From: the human T2T-CHM13v2.0 reference genome, Homo sapiens
Strand: one strand, 5' to 3'
NCBI RefSeq assembly: GCF_009914755.1
Contig: NC_060926.1
Length of the DNA stretch: 64,000 bases
Shown: piece by piece, positions 41,261 to 55,466 of the stretch
Position numbering within the stretch: the stretch's first letter is position 1
Layout of the letters: each line of letters begins with the position of its first letter
Notes under the pieces: model-generated
What the model saw: the letters and a program-made list of their open reading frames with translations, nothing else
The model's database searches: none
What the model was told of the DNA's origin: nothing
Made by a program: the position numbers and the translations under genes

Positions 41261-43319
41261 CGTTTTATATTTGTTTCACCTGTATGTTGTTTCCTTTCAC
41301 ATCCTTTCTGCGCCTTCTTTTGGATTAATTGAATGGTATTTATAATCCAATTTTATCCTCTCATTAGCTTACTAAATATATCTCATAGTTAAGTTACTTT
41401 AGTGCTTTCTTTGGGTTTATAATATACATCTCTAACTTACCACACACAATCTACCTTCAAGCTATGTGATACTACTTTATATACAATATAAAAATTTTAT
41501 AAGAATCTGCTTCTTCTTTTCTGACATTTGGACTCTTGTTATTATACATTTAAATTATAAGTATGTTATAAACTTCACAAAACATTTCATTTCCTTTCAA
41601 AATTCAATTACCTTTTAAAGAGATTAGATACTAATTTCTAATATGCTTGCTTCCTTTATGTAGATAAGTATTTCTGTCTAGTAACATTTTTCTTATTGCT
41701 AAAGACTTCCTTTAACATTTCTTATACTGCAGGTATGCTAGTAATGAATTCTTTTAGTTTTTATTTGTCTCAAAAAGTGTTTGCCTTGGTTTTTAAAAGA
41801 TATTTTTGCATTTTAGTATGGCAGTTCTCTTTTTCAGTGCCTTCAAGATGATGCTCCACTGGCTTCTAGCCCTCATTATTCCAGTCAAGAAGTCTGTTGT
41901 TATTCTTGCTTGTTTTTTGCACACAGTGTTTCTTTATTCCTCTAGCTGCTTGTCATATTTTCTCTTTGTTGCTTGCTTTAAGTTGAATGGTATAGTTTTC
42001 TCCAGGTTTCTTGTGCTTCATTGAACTTCTTGAGCCTAAAGCTTTATCATTTCCATCAAATTTGAAAACTGTTCAACCATTATTTTTTTGGTTTTTTACC
42101 CCTCTCTTTCTTTGGAGATTAAAAATGCAGGTTTAATAGACCACTTCCTGTTGTCACACTACTCTCTATTCTATGCTATTTTTTGTTGGTTTTTTATCTC
42201 TCTCATTTCATATAGCTTCTCATGCTGTTTTTCCAAGTTCACTAATCTTTTCTTCTGCAATATCTTAGCTGCAGTTAATCCTATCCAGTGTATTTTTCAT
42301 GTAAGATATTATTGTTTTTATCTCTAGAAGTTTGAGTTGAGTGGGCTTTTAAAAATATATTTTTCATGTCTTCAAATTTCTTCTATATTTTGGAGCTTAT
42401 GAAACATAATTATAATGCTTGCTTTATGTGCTTATCTGCAAATTATATCATATGTGTTATTCCTGAGTCAGTTTTTGCTGACTTATTTTTATTTACATTG
42501 TGGCTCATATTTTTCTGCTTATTTTCCAGCTTGATCATTTTTGATTAGATACCAGACATGCAATTACCAAATTGGATACTGAATATTTTTATATACCTAA
42601 CTGTACTTTTTAAGCTTAGCAGTGGGATGTAATTAAATTACTTGAAAACAATTCAGTCTTTTCTGGTCTTGCATTTAAACTCAATAAGGCAGGAGCAGAG
42701 CAGAATTTACTCTAGAAATATCTTCCCCCCATTACTCAGGTAAAAGCCTTCTTGTTATTCTACTCTATGCCCTTTGAATTATGAGGGTTTTCATTTTGCA
42801 TTCTTTCATTCAGAAGGTAGGAACACAATCCGTTTCTGGCCGTTGGTGAACACTGAGTATTTATAATTCACTTGAATCCTTTTATATATTTTTGGTAGTT
42901 TTTTTTTACTTTTTTACATGCGCTAATCATTACTCAGCTGAAAACTCAAGGGGGGCTACTCTGCAAATCTCAGGAGCTATCTGCATAAGCATCTTTGTTG
43001 TTCCTACTCTCTACCCTACAAACTCTAGCAATCTTGACCTTCTCAAACCATTTTTATGGTTCCTCCTAACAGTGAGATCAACAGTTCCTACCCAGGTCTC
43101 CTCCCACTCCAGCACTATATTATGGAATTATGCTCCAGGCAGTAGTCTGGGGGTGACCATAGAGCTCATTTCATTTCATTTTTCATCTCTTGGGGATCTC
43201 GTTCAGTACCTGATATTGCATATCTTGAACATTTTGCTTAACATATTTTGTTCTTTTTGATCAGGTGGAAGAATAAATTTGGTCCCCACCATCTCATTTT
43301 GACAGGAATAAGTCTCTAC
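41261..43319 (-). mobile_element. L1M 5'UTR/ORF1 portion inserted into ERVL
   Basis: L1M antisense signature, flanked by the direct repeat ttccattgaat (41250-41260 / 43320-43330). Confidence 0.7.
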
Positions 43320-44029
43320 TTCCATTGAATTTGAAGATGAGACTATTAGCTGGCCACCTGGGCTTCTTAAGCCACGGAGTTGTCAGCAGACAATAAAAGG
43401 GGTTGCTCTAACGGCTGAAGTGTTTGATTCCAATAACCAGGAGGAAATTAGGTTGCTGCTATACAGTGGTGGCAAGAAGCACTATGTATAAAATCCAGGG
43501 GATTATCTGGGACCCTTCTTGATACTAACTTAATGGGAAATTACAACAAATGGAAACAATCAAGAGTACTGAGGACTTAGACCCTTCAAGAATGTAGTTT
43601 TAGACAACTCCAGCTAGTGAAAACTCAAACCAGCTGAGTTTCTGACTGAAATACCATAGTTGGACCCAAATTTTCACATATCTCTAACTTCTCAAAGTCC
43701 TCTTCAACTTACAGTCATTTGTAACATGTATAATATCTTTAAGCATTTCTTTGAACATTCCCTTTACCATATTCCTGTAATTAAAATGTGGCAATTCCTT
43801 AAGGACACTGTTTGGTGGACAGTTCTTTTAAGAAATGTTTGTTTTCTCCTCATGACACAGTTTCCAGAGATTCTGGAGGTGCTGTAGAAATGCTATTCGT
43901 TCCACACTGCTATTTCTAATACCTTTTCTCCTTCCTACACAAAACAAATACATAAATATGTAAAAAAATTTCAAAAGATAATTCTTTTGAAATAAATGGC
44001 ATAATATATGCTACTCTCACTTACAGTAG

Positions 44030-44400
44030 TGGTCTACCAATATCGCAGTGTTTTCTTCTCATTCATTGAAGATTCAAGTACCCGGTCTCACTGTTCTTTA
44101 CACTACTAATCTTATACATTCATGTAAATGAATTATCCAACACATTAGCCTAGATCCAGCTTCAATCATATTTTTATACAGTCATACTTTGACCTTTTAT
44201 TATCATTCTAAAATCTCTATTTTTAAGTCTCTTACTCTCTTTACCATATCCAATCTTTTGCTTACCCCATGAATTCTATTTGAACCATTCTTTGACCCAT
44301 TGAACTTCCAATCCACTGACTCCTTAACTTTTCTCACTGGCAATAACTCCCCACATATGCACGCTTCATTCATGAAAAAAACAAATTCTCAATTCCCTTG
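44030..44400 (+). mobile_element. L2 fragment
   Basis: Similar to 15100-15500 (ctcattcattgaagatt...cagtcatactttgacctt). Confidence 0.6.
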
Positions 44401-44953
44401 CCACACTCTGTCTTCATATTATGCAAGTAGCAAAATCTTCACCCAGAATAAATTTGACTCTGACTATTTTGCTGGTGATACCCTCCAGCCTACAGAAGAA
44501 GAGGAGCCATTCACAGAAATGCAGAAGAAGCTTCAGGAAGATAGAAGAAAAACCTGGAGACTAGATTCCAAGAAAAGAACTTTCCATGATTTTGTGTCTC
44601 TAATTGAACCTTTCAGTAACACTACTTCTGGAAAGTCCCTCCTAAAGAAAATGCTGCGAGCGATCAATTGTACCTAATTCTGAAAATTCAAGAACAATGA
44701 ATCATGAGAATTAACCATTTGGTTAGTTCTTCCTCTGTAGCCCAGTTCTTTAGGTTGCCACAATTGTGAATTTTTGCCATGCCAACCTGGGAAGGATGGT
44801 TCTGCCCTGTCTAATGCCTTTCCTTTAATAGTAGAGTCATCTTGGAAAGTATAAGTTCAATCTTCGACAGAGTGAGGATAAGGGAGGGAGGGGGTCAAAG
44901 TGAGGTGGCAGGGGTTCAGGCACTTGCACGAGTGAGGTGCTAAAGAGGTCCTG

Positions 44954-45273
<320 letters not shown>

Positions 45274-45799
45274 TGGGAGAGCTCTTTTAGGGGGATATCA
45301 GAAGTTACAAGGGAGCAGATACAATAAATAGAGGGGTTGGAGTTAACACTAAGAAGGGTGAATGAAGTAATGATATGGTATTGAGAAAAACCTTAGAATC
45401 TGTCTGCTTTAAATTAGCAGCAGTGCCGCCACACTGGAGACTTATGCTGAGCACTGAACTGTGGCTTAGGGATTTGGGATTAATTTTGACTTATTATTTT
45501 ATTTAACAAAGTTGTATTGAGAGTATCTAAAATAAAATTCATGTTACTCTCTTAACACTTTATGCTCAGAAAGAACTTAAGAGTTTCACTTTCATTTCCT
45601 TCATGTGTTTCTCCCATCAGAGTTATATAATTGAACCAGACGAATTGGTGCTCTGAGCATTGAAATCAGCTGGTTGACTTTACTCCCCCTACCATATTAA
45701 TCAACTCTCATGTGGCTGGTTAGCTCAGTAGATAAGAGCTAATGAATCCATGGCATAAGGTTTAATTTTTCTGGGGATCTGTAATGAACACCAGATCTC

Positions 45800-46211
45800 T
45801 TCTTTAGGGATAATACACCCATTTCCTCCACTGCCGACCACTGTGAACATCAGTTGCTGATCATATCTCTGTCCCTCACTGGACTTAGCCTCAGCCACAA
45901 GGTCTACTTGACCAGGGCTATACACTCTTTCAAGGGTAGCTTGCTGCTAATGACTGACTGGTGCAAAGATACAAAAGTCTAGCCACATTTTCTTAGTTTG
46001 AGACAACATGGAAAGGCTATCCCAGCTCTGGAGTTCTCTAGCTATAGAATTGGCTAAAGCCTTCATTGCAGCAACAGTGCAGGTGAGCTTCCCCTTCTGC
46101 CCAGTCCTGCCTTCCTCCTTCCTTAGACATGTCATTTGGAATCAACTACCAGTAATACACGGGCACACAGTTCTTGTCTCAGTCTGTTTCCAGGAAACCC
46201 AGTTGAAGGCA
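45800..46211 (+). mobile_element. LTR16-like ERVL LTR
   Basis: tatcccagctctggagttc...cttctgcccagtcctgccttcctc...gtctcagtctgtttccaggaaaccc. Confidence 0.65.
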
Positions 46212-47084
46212 AGAGACAGGAACTGACAATTTTTGCTCTGTTCATGGTCAGAAACTGTACCTATAAACACTTGGCTATGTTGCATGGGAAAGCGGAGGAA
46301 GATGCAAATCAGTCTTCTCCCATGGGTAGATTCCTCTAAGGTCAGGCGAGCCTTTCAGCCTATTTCTCAGATGAGAAGAGAAATAACTTCTACTTGCATC
46401 AATATCGAGGACATTAACAATTAGGAATATTTTATTACCATACTGCATTTGTTTTCCTGCAAAGAAGAGTGGAAAAGTAATCTTAAATTGTTGGTGCAGC
46501 AAATGCAAATGCAGATTCCAACACCTACTGAAACAGTCTAACATAGAAACAGCAGAAAATAAATGACTATTTTAGATTTCAATCCATATGTTGGGCAAAC
46601 TAAGAAAAAAGTTGTGAAGTAGTAAATTTAATGTGTAGTAGAGATAAAAGACTGAGAAACTGGAGAGGCTAAATTCAACAGTCCTTTGCTAGCTTTCCAA
46701 GGTCCCATCTTTTACTGATATACTTGTTGTTTGGTTGTTCTTATTATTGCTCTCATGAAATTACTTCTATTTCTCCAATTGTTACACAAAGGAATGTTCT
46801 TTCGGAGCAATGAAGGGCAGATTGTCTGGCATGAGGTCATTGCTTTGTGGTTTTGAGGGTCACTCAGATAAGGTAGGGAAGGCTATAAGCATCGTTGTAC
46901 TGAGGAATTCCACCTTATGCACAATCTTGTTGGTTTGTCTTCAGCAGATATTTACTCATGATTCAGACCTATATGCAGTTTAATCAGGAGATCAAAACAT
47001 TTTCCTGAGCCAGGGAACAAGATAAAATTTCAGGTCTAGTTTCTTACTGGCAGTACAATTCAAATTACTGGAGCCATGTTAGCT

Positions 47085-47255
47085 ATTTCACAAAAGTTTT
47101 CTCATGTTTTCTTACAATAACCTATTCTCAGATAAGTGCTAAGAGCCTGATTGCATAGTTAATGAGTCTCGAGATTATGAAATGTAACTCAATAGAGGCA
47201 TTCTAGTAAGTGTGGAACCAGAATTTGAACTCAGGTCCAGTGGACTCCAGAAGTA
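47085..47255 (-). mobile_element. MIR fragment
   Basis: ctagtaagtgtggaaccagaatttgaactcaggtccagtggactccag. Confidence 0.6.
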
Positions 47256-47289
47256 ATTTTATGATCCATACTCACAAAATGTGAATTTC

Positions 47290-47720
47290 TTTCCTCGCCA
47301 TAGAGTTTGTTCTTTGTTTTATGAGCAATGGAGAGGCCTTAAGTTTTTGGAGTGGGACAGTAAAGCAATCACTGTGGTAATTGATGATGACTCTTATTCC
47401 CCAAATAGGTATTTGGCTGGGGGCTGGAAAAAGATTGTGAAATTTATTGTAGTTGTTCACATGGGAGGTTAAAAAGGCTCTGACTGCCATGGTACTGGCA
47501 ATGGAGAAAACAGGATGGCTGTGAAAGATATTTCAGAGTGACAATGAGACTCAACCGATTGCATAGTAAGACAGAGAACAGGGAGTTATGTTGATGGCAT
47601 TGAGTCAAACAGAAATGGTGAATACAATGATTGATAAATCTATTGTTCTTACATTTTGATTTTGAGATGCTTTGTTGACTTCCAGGTGGAAATCATTACT
47701 AACCAGTTGGAAATTCAGGG
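47290..47720 (-). mobile_element. L2 3' fragment
   Basis: Purine-rich L2 antisense signature. Confidence 0.55.
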
Positions 47721-47746
47721 TGGGAGCAATAAGTCAGTCTCTATAA

Positions 47747-48066
<320 letters not shown>

Positions 48067-49054
48067 CGACTCTATTTATTTCTGTTAAAAGAATTAACTT
48101 TAAAATATAAAAATTAATTGACACCTTGCTTGGTTAAATTTAATCACACAGGATATATAAAGTCTGTTAATGATCTGGTAAACAATTGAGCAATCATCTA
48201 GGCAATTAGATGGCACAGATTTGAATAATATAACAATGTCACCAGAAGTCTCTGAAGTCTCATGTGGAAAACTGGACTTGAGACTATTGGAGACAAAATG
48301 GTCATATTTTTCTGACAAAGGAGAGAGGTCTTAAATAAAATAAATATTTTAAAAATAAAAAATGTGATATTTATTGTTCTTAGCTTAGTTGTCAAAAGCT
48401 ATATTTTATATATGTACACATAAAAAAGTAGATTTCCCTTATAGAACTTTACAATTCTGGATTTCCTTCCAAAGAATTGGAATATGTGGATATATTGGGC
48501 AAAAATGTTTTACTTAGCTGTGCCTGAGGAAAGGGGTTCTGGTTAGAGGGGCACGAACTCTGCACTTTACTATAGTCTGCATCTCTTCCTATCATTAAAC
48601 CTCTCTACTTCAAATTTTTTTATTTTTATTTTTGACTTACTAGTTCTTGTTCCCTTTAGGTATTCACATTTAAGATTACAGACTTAGGATGAGGATGAGA
48701 TGTTCTAGTTGATTAAATCCTATGAATCATGCTTACATGAAGATACATACGAATTATTAAAGATCTTGGCTAGTGGAAATACTTTATTATATGAATACAC
48801 TGGAGTGAAAATAGACATACATACATATATTTGACAACTTGATAAATCTAATTACTATAACTTAGGCCATAAAAATCAAGAAATATGTCTGTAATTGTAG
48901 TTAGTACATCACTAACACACAGGGGAAAATGCAATTATTTTAACATTTACTGCCTAAATAATGAAGACTAATAGTTTCATCTGGCTGGATGACAGTAGGC
49001 TTGAGTTTAATTATAGGTTGTCCTTCTCAAATACTTTAAAAATCACAGCAGTTT

Positions 49055-49383
<329 letters not shown>

Positions 49384-50017
49384 CACAGTAGTTTGCTCCT
49401 TGATGGCCAACCGTTAAATCCTAGTTACAGTTTTCCAAGCCTTGATTGCTTTGGGACTAAATCTCCCTAGAAAATCAGCTCCAGTGAGATGCTTACTCTC
49501 TTCCATTTCCATTATGCTGAAGCTTAATTACTTCCAGAGAGCTGTCACCAAGAGTTGCCTTCTATTGATAGCTCTAATGTTGGATCACCTTAACCTCTTC
49601 AAGCAGTATTGGTTCCTCTGACTCTTTTGTATTTAAACTTCTCCACTCTGTGGGTTTCTTCCTTTCTTTTTTTTTTTTTTTTTTTATTGAGATAGAGTTC
49701 ACATACCATAAAATTCACCCTTTTAAAGTGTCCAATTCAGTGTTTTTTAGTATACTTACAAAGTTGTGCAACCATTACAATTAGCTAATTCCAGAACATT
49801 TTCATCATCCCCACAATAATCTCCATGTCCATTAATAGTCACAGACCATTCCCTTCTCCCCCAGTCCCTGGAAACCACTAATCTGCTTTCTGTCTCCATG
49901 GATTTCCCTATTCTGGACATTTAATATAAATGGAATCATGCAGTGTATGGCCTTTCATGTATGGTTCCTTTCACTGAGTATAAAGTTTCAAGGTGCATCC
50001 ATGCAGTAACATGTATC

Positions 50018-50185
50018 TTCCCTTCCCCTTCCCCTTCCCCTTTTCCTTCCTTCCTTCCTTCCTTCCTTCCTTCCTTCCTTCCTTCCTCTCTCCCTCCCTC
50101 CCTCCCTGCCTTCCTTCTCTCTCTCCTTCCTTCCTCCCTCCCTCCCTTCCTCTCTCTCCTTCCTTCCTTCCCCTCTTTCTTTCTT

Positions 50186-50217
<32 letters not shown>

Positions 50218-50497
50218 TTCTTTCTTTCTTTCCTTCCTTCCTCCCTCCCTCCCTCTCTCCCTCCCTTCCTTCCTTCCTCTCTCTCCTTCCTTCCTCCCTC
50301 CCTCCCTTCCTCTCTCTCCTTCCTTCCTTCCCCTCTCTTTCTTTCTTTCTCTTTCTTTCTTTCCTTCCTTCCTTCCTTCCTTCCTTCCTCCCTCCCTCCC
50401 TCCCTCCCTCTCTCTCTCTCTCTTTTTTTCTTTCTTTCCTTCCTTCCTTCTTTCGGTCTTCCTTTCTTTTCTTTCTTTCTTTTACTTTCTTTCTTTC
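50018..50497 (+). repeat. About 480-bp polypyrimidine (CCTT/CTTT/CCCT) tract at the Alu tail position
   Basis: Almost pure C/T strand directly abutting the Alu 3' end. Confidence 0.95.
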
Positions 50498-50785
50498 AGA
50501 TGGAGTTTTGCTCTTATCACCCAGGCTGGAGTGCAATGATGATCTTGGCTCACTGGCTCACTGCAGCCTCCACCTCCTGGGTTGAAGCGATTCTCCTGTC
50601 TCAGCCTCCCAAGTAGCTGGGATTACAGTGTGCACCACCACGCCCAGATAATTTTTGTATTTTTAGTAGTGATGGGATTTCACCATGTTGGCCAGGCTGA
50701 TCTCAAACTCCTGACCTCAAGGAATCCACCCACCTGAGCCTCCCAGAGTGCTGGGATTATTGGCATGAGCCACTGCTCCCAGCCC
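50498..50785 (-). mobile_element. AluS
   Basis: Full dimer. Confidence 0.94.
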
Positions 50786-53700
50786 ATACTTCATTTCTTT
50801 TTTATGGCCAAGCAATATGATGTTGTATGAATATACCACATTTTGTTTATCTATTCATCTGTTGATGGATGGGTTGTTTCCTTTTTTTAGCTTGTGAGAG
50901 CAATGGTGCTATGAACATATGTGTACAAGTTTTAAATCTCTTGGGTATATACATAGAAATGGAATTGCTGGATCATGTGGGAAGTCTATACTTAGCTTTC
51001 TGAGGACCTGTCAAACTCTTTTTCAAAGTGACTGCACAATTTTACACTCTTATCAGTAATGTTTGAAGGTTTCAATGTCTCCACATCTTCACTAACACTT
51101 ATTGCATTATTGCATGTCACTTTGATTAAAGGCAGTCCTGTGGACATAAGGTGATATCTCATTGCAGTTTTGATTTGTATTTCCCTAGTGACTAATGATA
51201 TTGAGCATCTTTTCATGTGCTCATAGGCCATTTCTATATCTTCTTTTGAAAAATATCTATAAGACTCCTTTGCCCACTTTTTAATTGGGTCATTTGTCTT
51301 TTTATTACGGAATTGCAAGTATTGTTTATATATTTTAGATTCAAGTACTTTATGAGATATATGATTTGCAAATGTTACAAATGTCATTCATTTTGTTGGT
51401 TTTATTTTCTTTATAGTATCCTCTGAAGCATAAAACTTTCAATTTTGACGAAGTGTATTTTATCTGTTTGTTTTTCCCTTGGTTGATTGTGCTTTTAGTT
51501 AGTGTCATTTTAATAAATCATTTTCTAATGTAAGATCACAAAGATTTGTGCCTCTGTTTTGATTTTGGTTGTTGATCTATTTTGAGGTATTTTTTTCCTC
51601 TGATGCGAGAGAGGTTCAACTTTGTTTTTTTGCATATGAATATTCCGTTGTCCTTACACTGTTTATTGAAAAGACTACTCTTTCTCTATTTGAAAGACTT
51701 GATATCCTTGTAAAAAATCACTCAACCACAGATGTATCAGTTTATTTCTGGACTATCAATTCTATTCTTTTATCTATATGTCTGTCCTGTGTAGTACCAC
51801 ATTTTATCATGTTTTCAGAGAATGTTAAAAAGTTTTTAACACTGCAAGTGAGATATTCTGGATTTCTATTTACAAAAATCAACTAAAATAATTAGATTAT
51901 CATAAAAATTGAAAAAGAAGTTGCATTGCAGAACATATTCCCTCTGAAAGACCTACACTGAGTTTGATGTTTTTATAGCGCTATTATAACAAAAATTGGT
52001 ATGGCCATAACAATAGATGGATAAATACTCTGTATTTAACCTCATGTCTTTGCTTAAAATATATAACCATTAAATACAATAAGCCAATTAGATGATAACA
52101 CCAAATTGTTAGGATTTTGACATCAGTTCATTTGAAATGATAATGCTTGCTTAGTGAGAGAGAGAATATCAAACCATAAGAAACACTAGAAGTGTTGTTA
52201 ATAAAATAAAAATGTCATAGCATTAATAATTCTGTACTAAGTCAGAAACAATTTGAATATATTTGACATTTAAAATACTTAAATAATGTGGCCTAATGTT
52301 TACAGATTAGTTTTATACTTCCAGTGTAAATACTGTGGCTGATTTTAAATTTGTGATATTTAGTTGAAAAGGAGGTAAGAATTGTACTAAATGTGTTAAT
52401 TATAGTGGAATGATAAGAAACTTTGAATTTTACAGTTCATTTAATTTGTGAGATTAAATTTTTTTAATATTGGGAACTTTTGCTTACAGAGTTGGGCTTG
52501 AGGAAATTTAATTAAGTTATAAATAAAACTGATTAATTATGGGAGTTTAGTTGGTTTAACTTGAGTTGATAAATATTAAACAAGGACTTTTTAAAAGTAA
52601 TTAGAAATTTACTAGATTGATAAGTAGAATACTATTTGTATAGTATACTTCAAGCTTAAGGCAAATTAAGTTTCAGAATTTGTAACATAAATAAATTGAA
52701 TAGTCATGTAAAATCTTAATTAACAATCTAATATACTTTTCTGTGTACAATAAAATGTCACATCTGGTCATACAAAATTTACTCAAATTGAAGTAGTTTA
52801 TAATGCAAAATTCTACACACACTGAGAAAAAAATAAGTTGTAAAAATCTGCTATATAACAGCTTTTATCACTACAAAAGCAGACTTAGGATAAAGACTGA
52901 AAATATTATGTCCTTCAATTTTTATTACTAGCACAATAAATATACTGATTTCTATTATATATGAGATATTTTGAATAATCAGTATGTTTCTGCTGTTTTC
53001 AAATGCTTCAATGTTAATATTTTTATTTCTAGAATAGAAATATTTCTATTTAGTATTTTAAAATTAATTCACTCAAAAGCATTTGTTAAATACTTGAAGA
53101 ATGTGTGGATTGAAGACAAAAATAACGCAGTCATCCTCAACGTAATATTGAGTTTGACACAGAATTGACAGGAAATTCCTTGGGTGCTGTCATCCCTTTT
53201 CAGTAACCACCATAATCCAACTATTACAGAGGGGATGGTGTTTTTTTCAGGGGTAGAGCAGATTGTGACTTCAACCTGCTTCGTCTATTAACACTATTCT
53301 GCACCATGCTCACCAGGGGAGAAGGATTGCTGAATACAGAAGGGCCTGCCGCGCTTTGAGAAGTTTAAGACACATTCAACTGAGGCTAAGCCAGAAATCA
53401 TAATCTAAGTGTCTAACAATTGAGTTGGCTTGTGTACTGAAGAATGGGAGCAGATCAAGCTTTGTTGCTAGAGCAGTCCTTGAGGTTTCCTCACCGAGCC
53501 AAACATTAACTCTTTGGTTGCTGGATTGTGGGGAGTTTCTGGAGATGTGGAGACAGGCTCGGGTAGCTAGCAATATCGTGCTGTGCTTGCGGGGTTAGGG
53601 GCAGATGTTATTTGCCAATGATTACAAAAGTTTTAAAATATGTTAACAAGCTTGATATTATTGTATTCTGGCTGAATATTAGCTATAGATTAAGCTATGT

Positions 53701-54209
53701 ACAACTGCTACGGAGTTCTGCCTGTCTCCTACTTTTAACTAGGAGCCACCATTATATTATAGCAAAGTGAAAGGGCATAAACCTTATTTAGGAAATAATA
53801 TTGCTCATATTGATTAGCAAAGTGATGCCCTGACCTTAGAAATAACCACGCTATGATGCTTAAGAGTCTTAGGTTTCATCCGTCCTTTGATCTTGGGCAT
53901 GTGATTTTTCCAGGAGAACCTCACAGGCTTTGCTTTTGATGGCTCCACTCCCATATATTCAGATGGAGATGCGATTGTGCACTAAACTCCTTATAATTCA
54001 GTATCTCACATCCATTGGGAGTTAGAGCCACAGAGGCATGTAATCAAGTGTAAGAAATGGCATTGATATAAGGTTAGTGGGTAAAATGGCTATCATAAAT
54101 TACTATTGTTTCATTTTGAATTTTTAAAATGTATATTGTAAAATTCACATTTTTGATGTAGAGTTTTAACAAAGCATAGTCATGTAACCTCCCTTATAAT
54201 CAAAATACA

Positions 54210-55466
<1,257 letters not shown>

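Larger units (their letters stand above)
49663..51805 (-). mobile_element. L1MB-type 3' end, interrupted by an Alu
   Basis: Poly(T) followed by attgagatagagttcacataccataaaattcacc. ORF 50992-51387 is the L1 ORF2 C-terminus (KKWAK..RYFSKEDI..HMKRCS.SL..REIQIKTAMRYH). Confidence 0.9.

Noticed and set aside
49943-50616. Long ORFs of 182-207 aa
   Set aside because: They are translations of a stop-free C/T microsatellite plus Alu, not genes.
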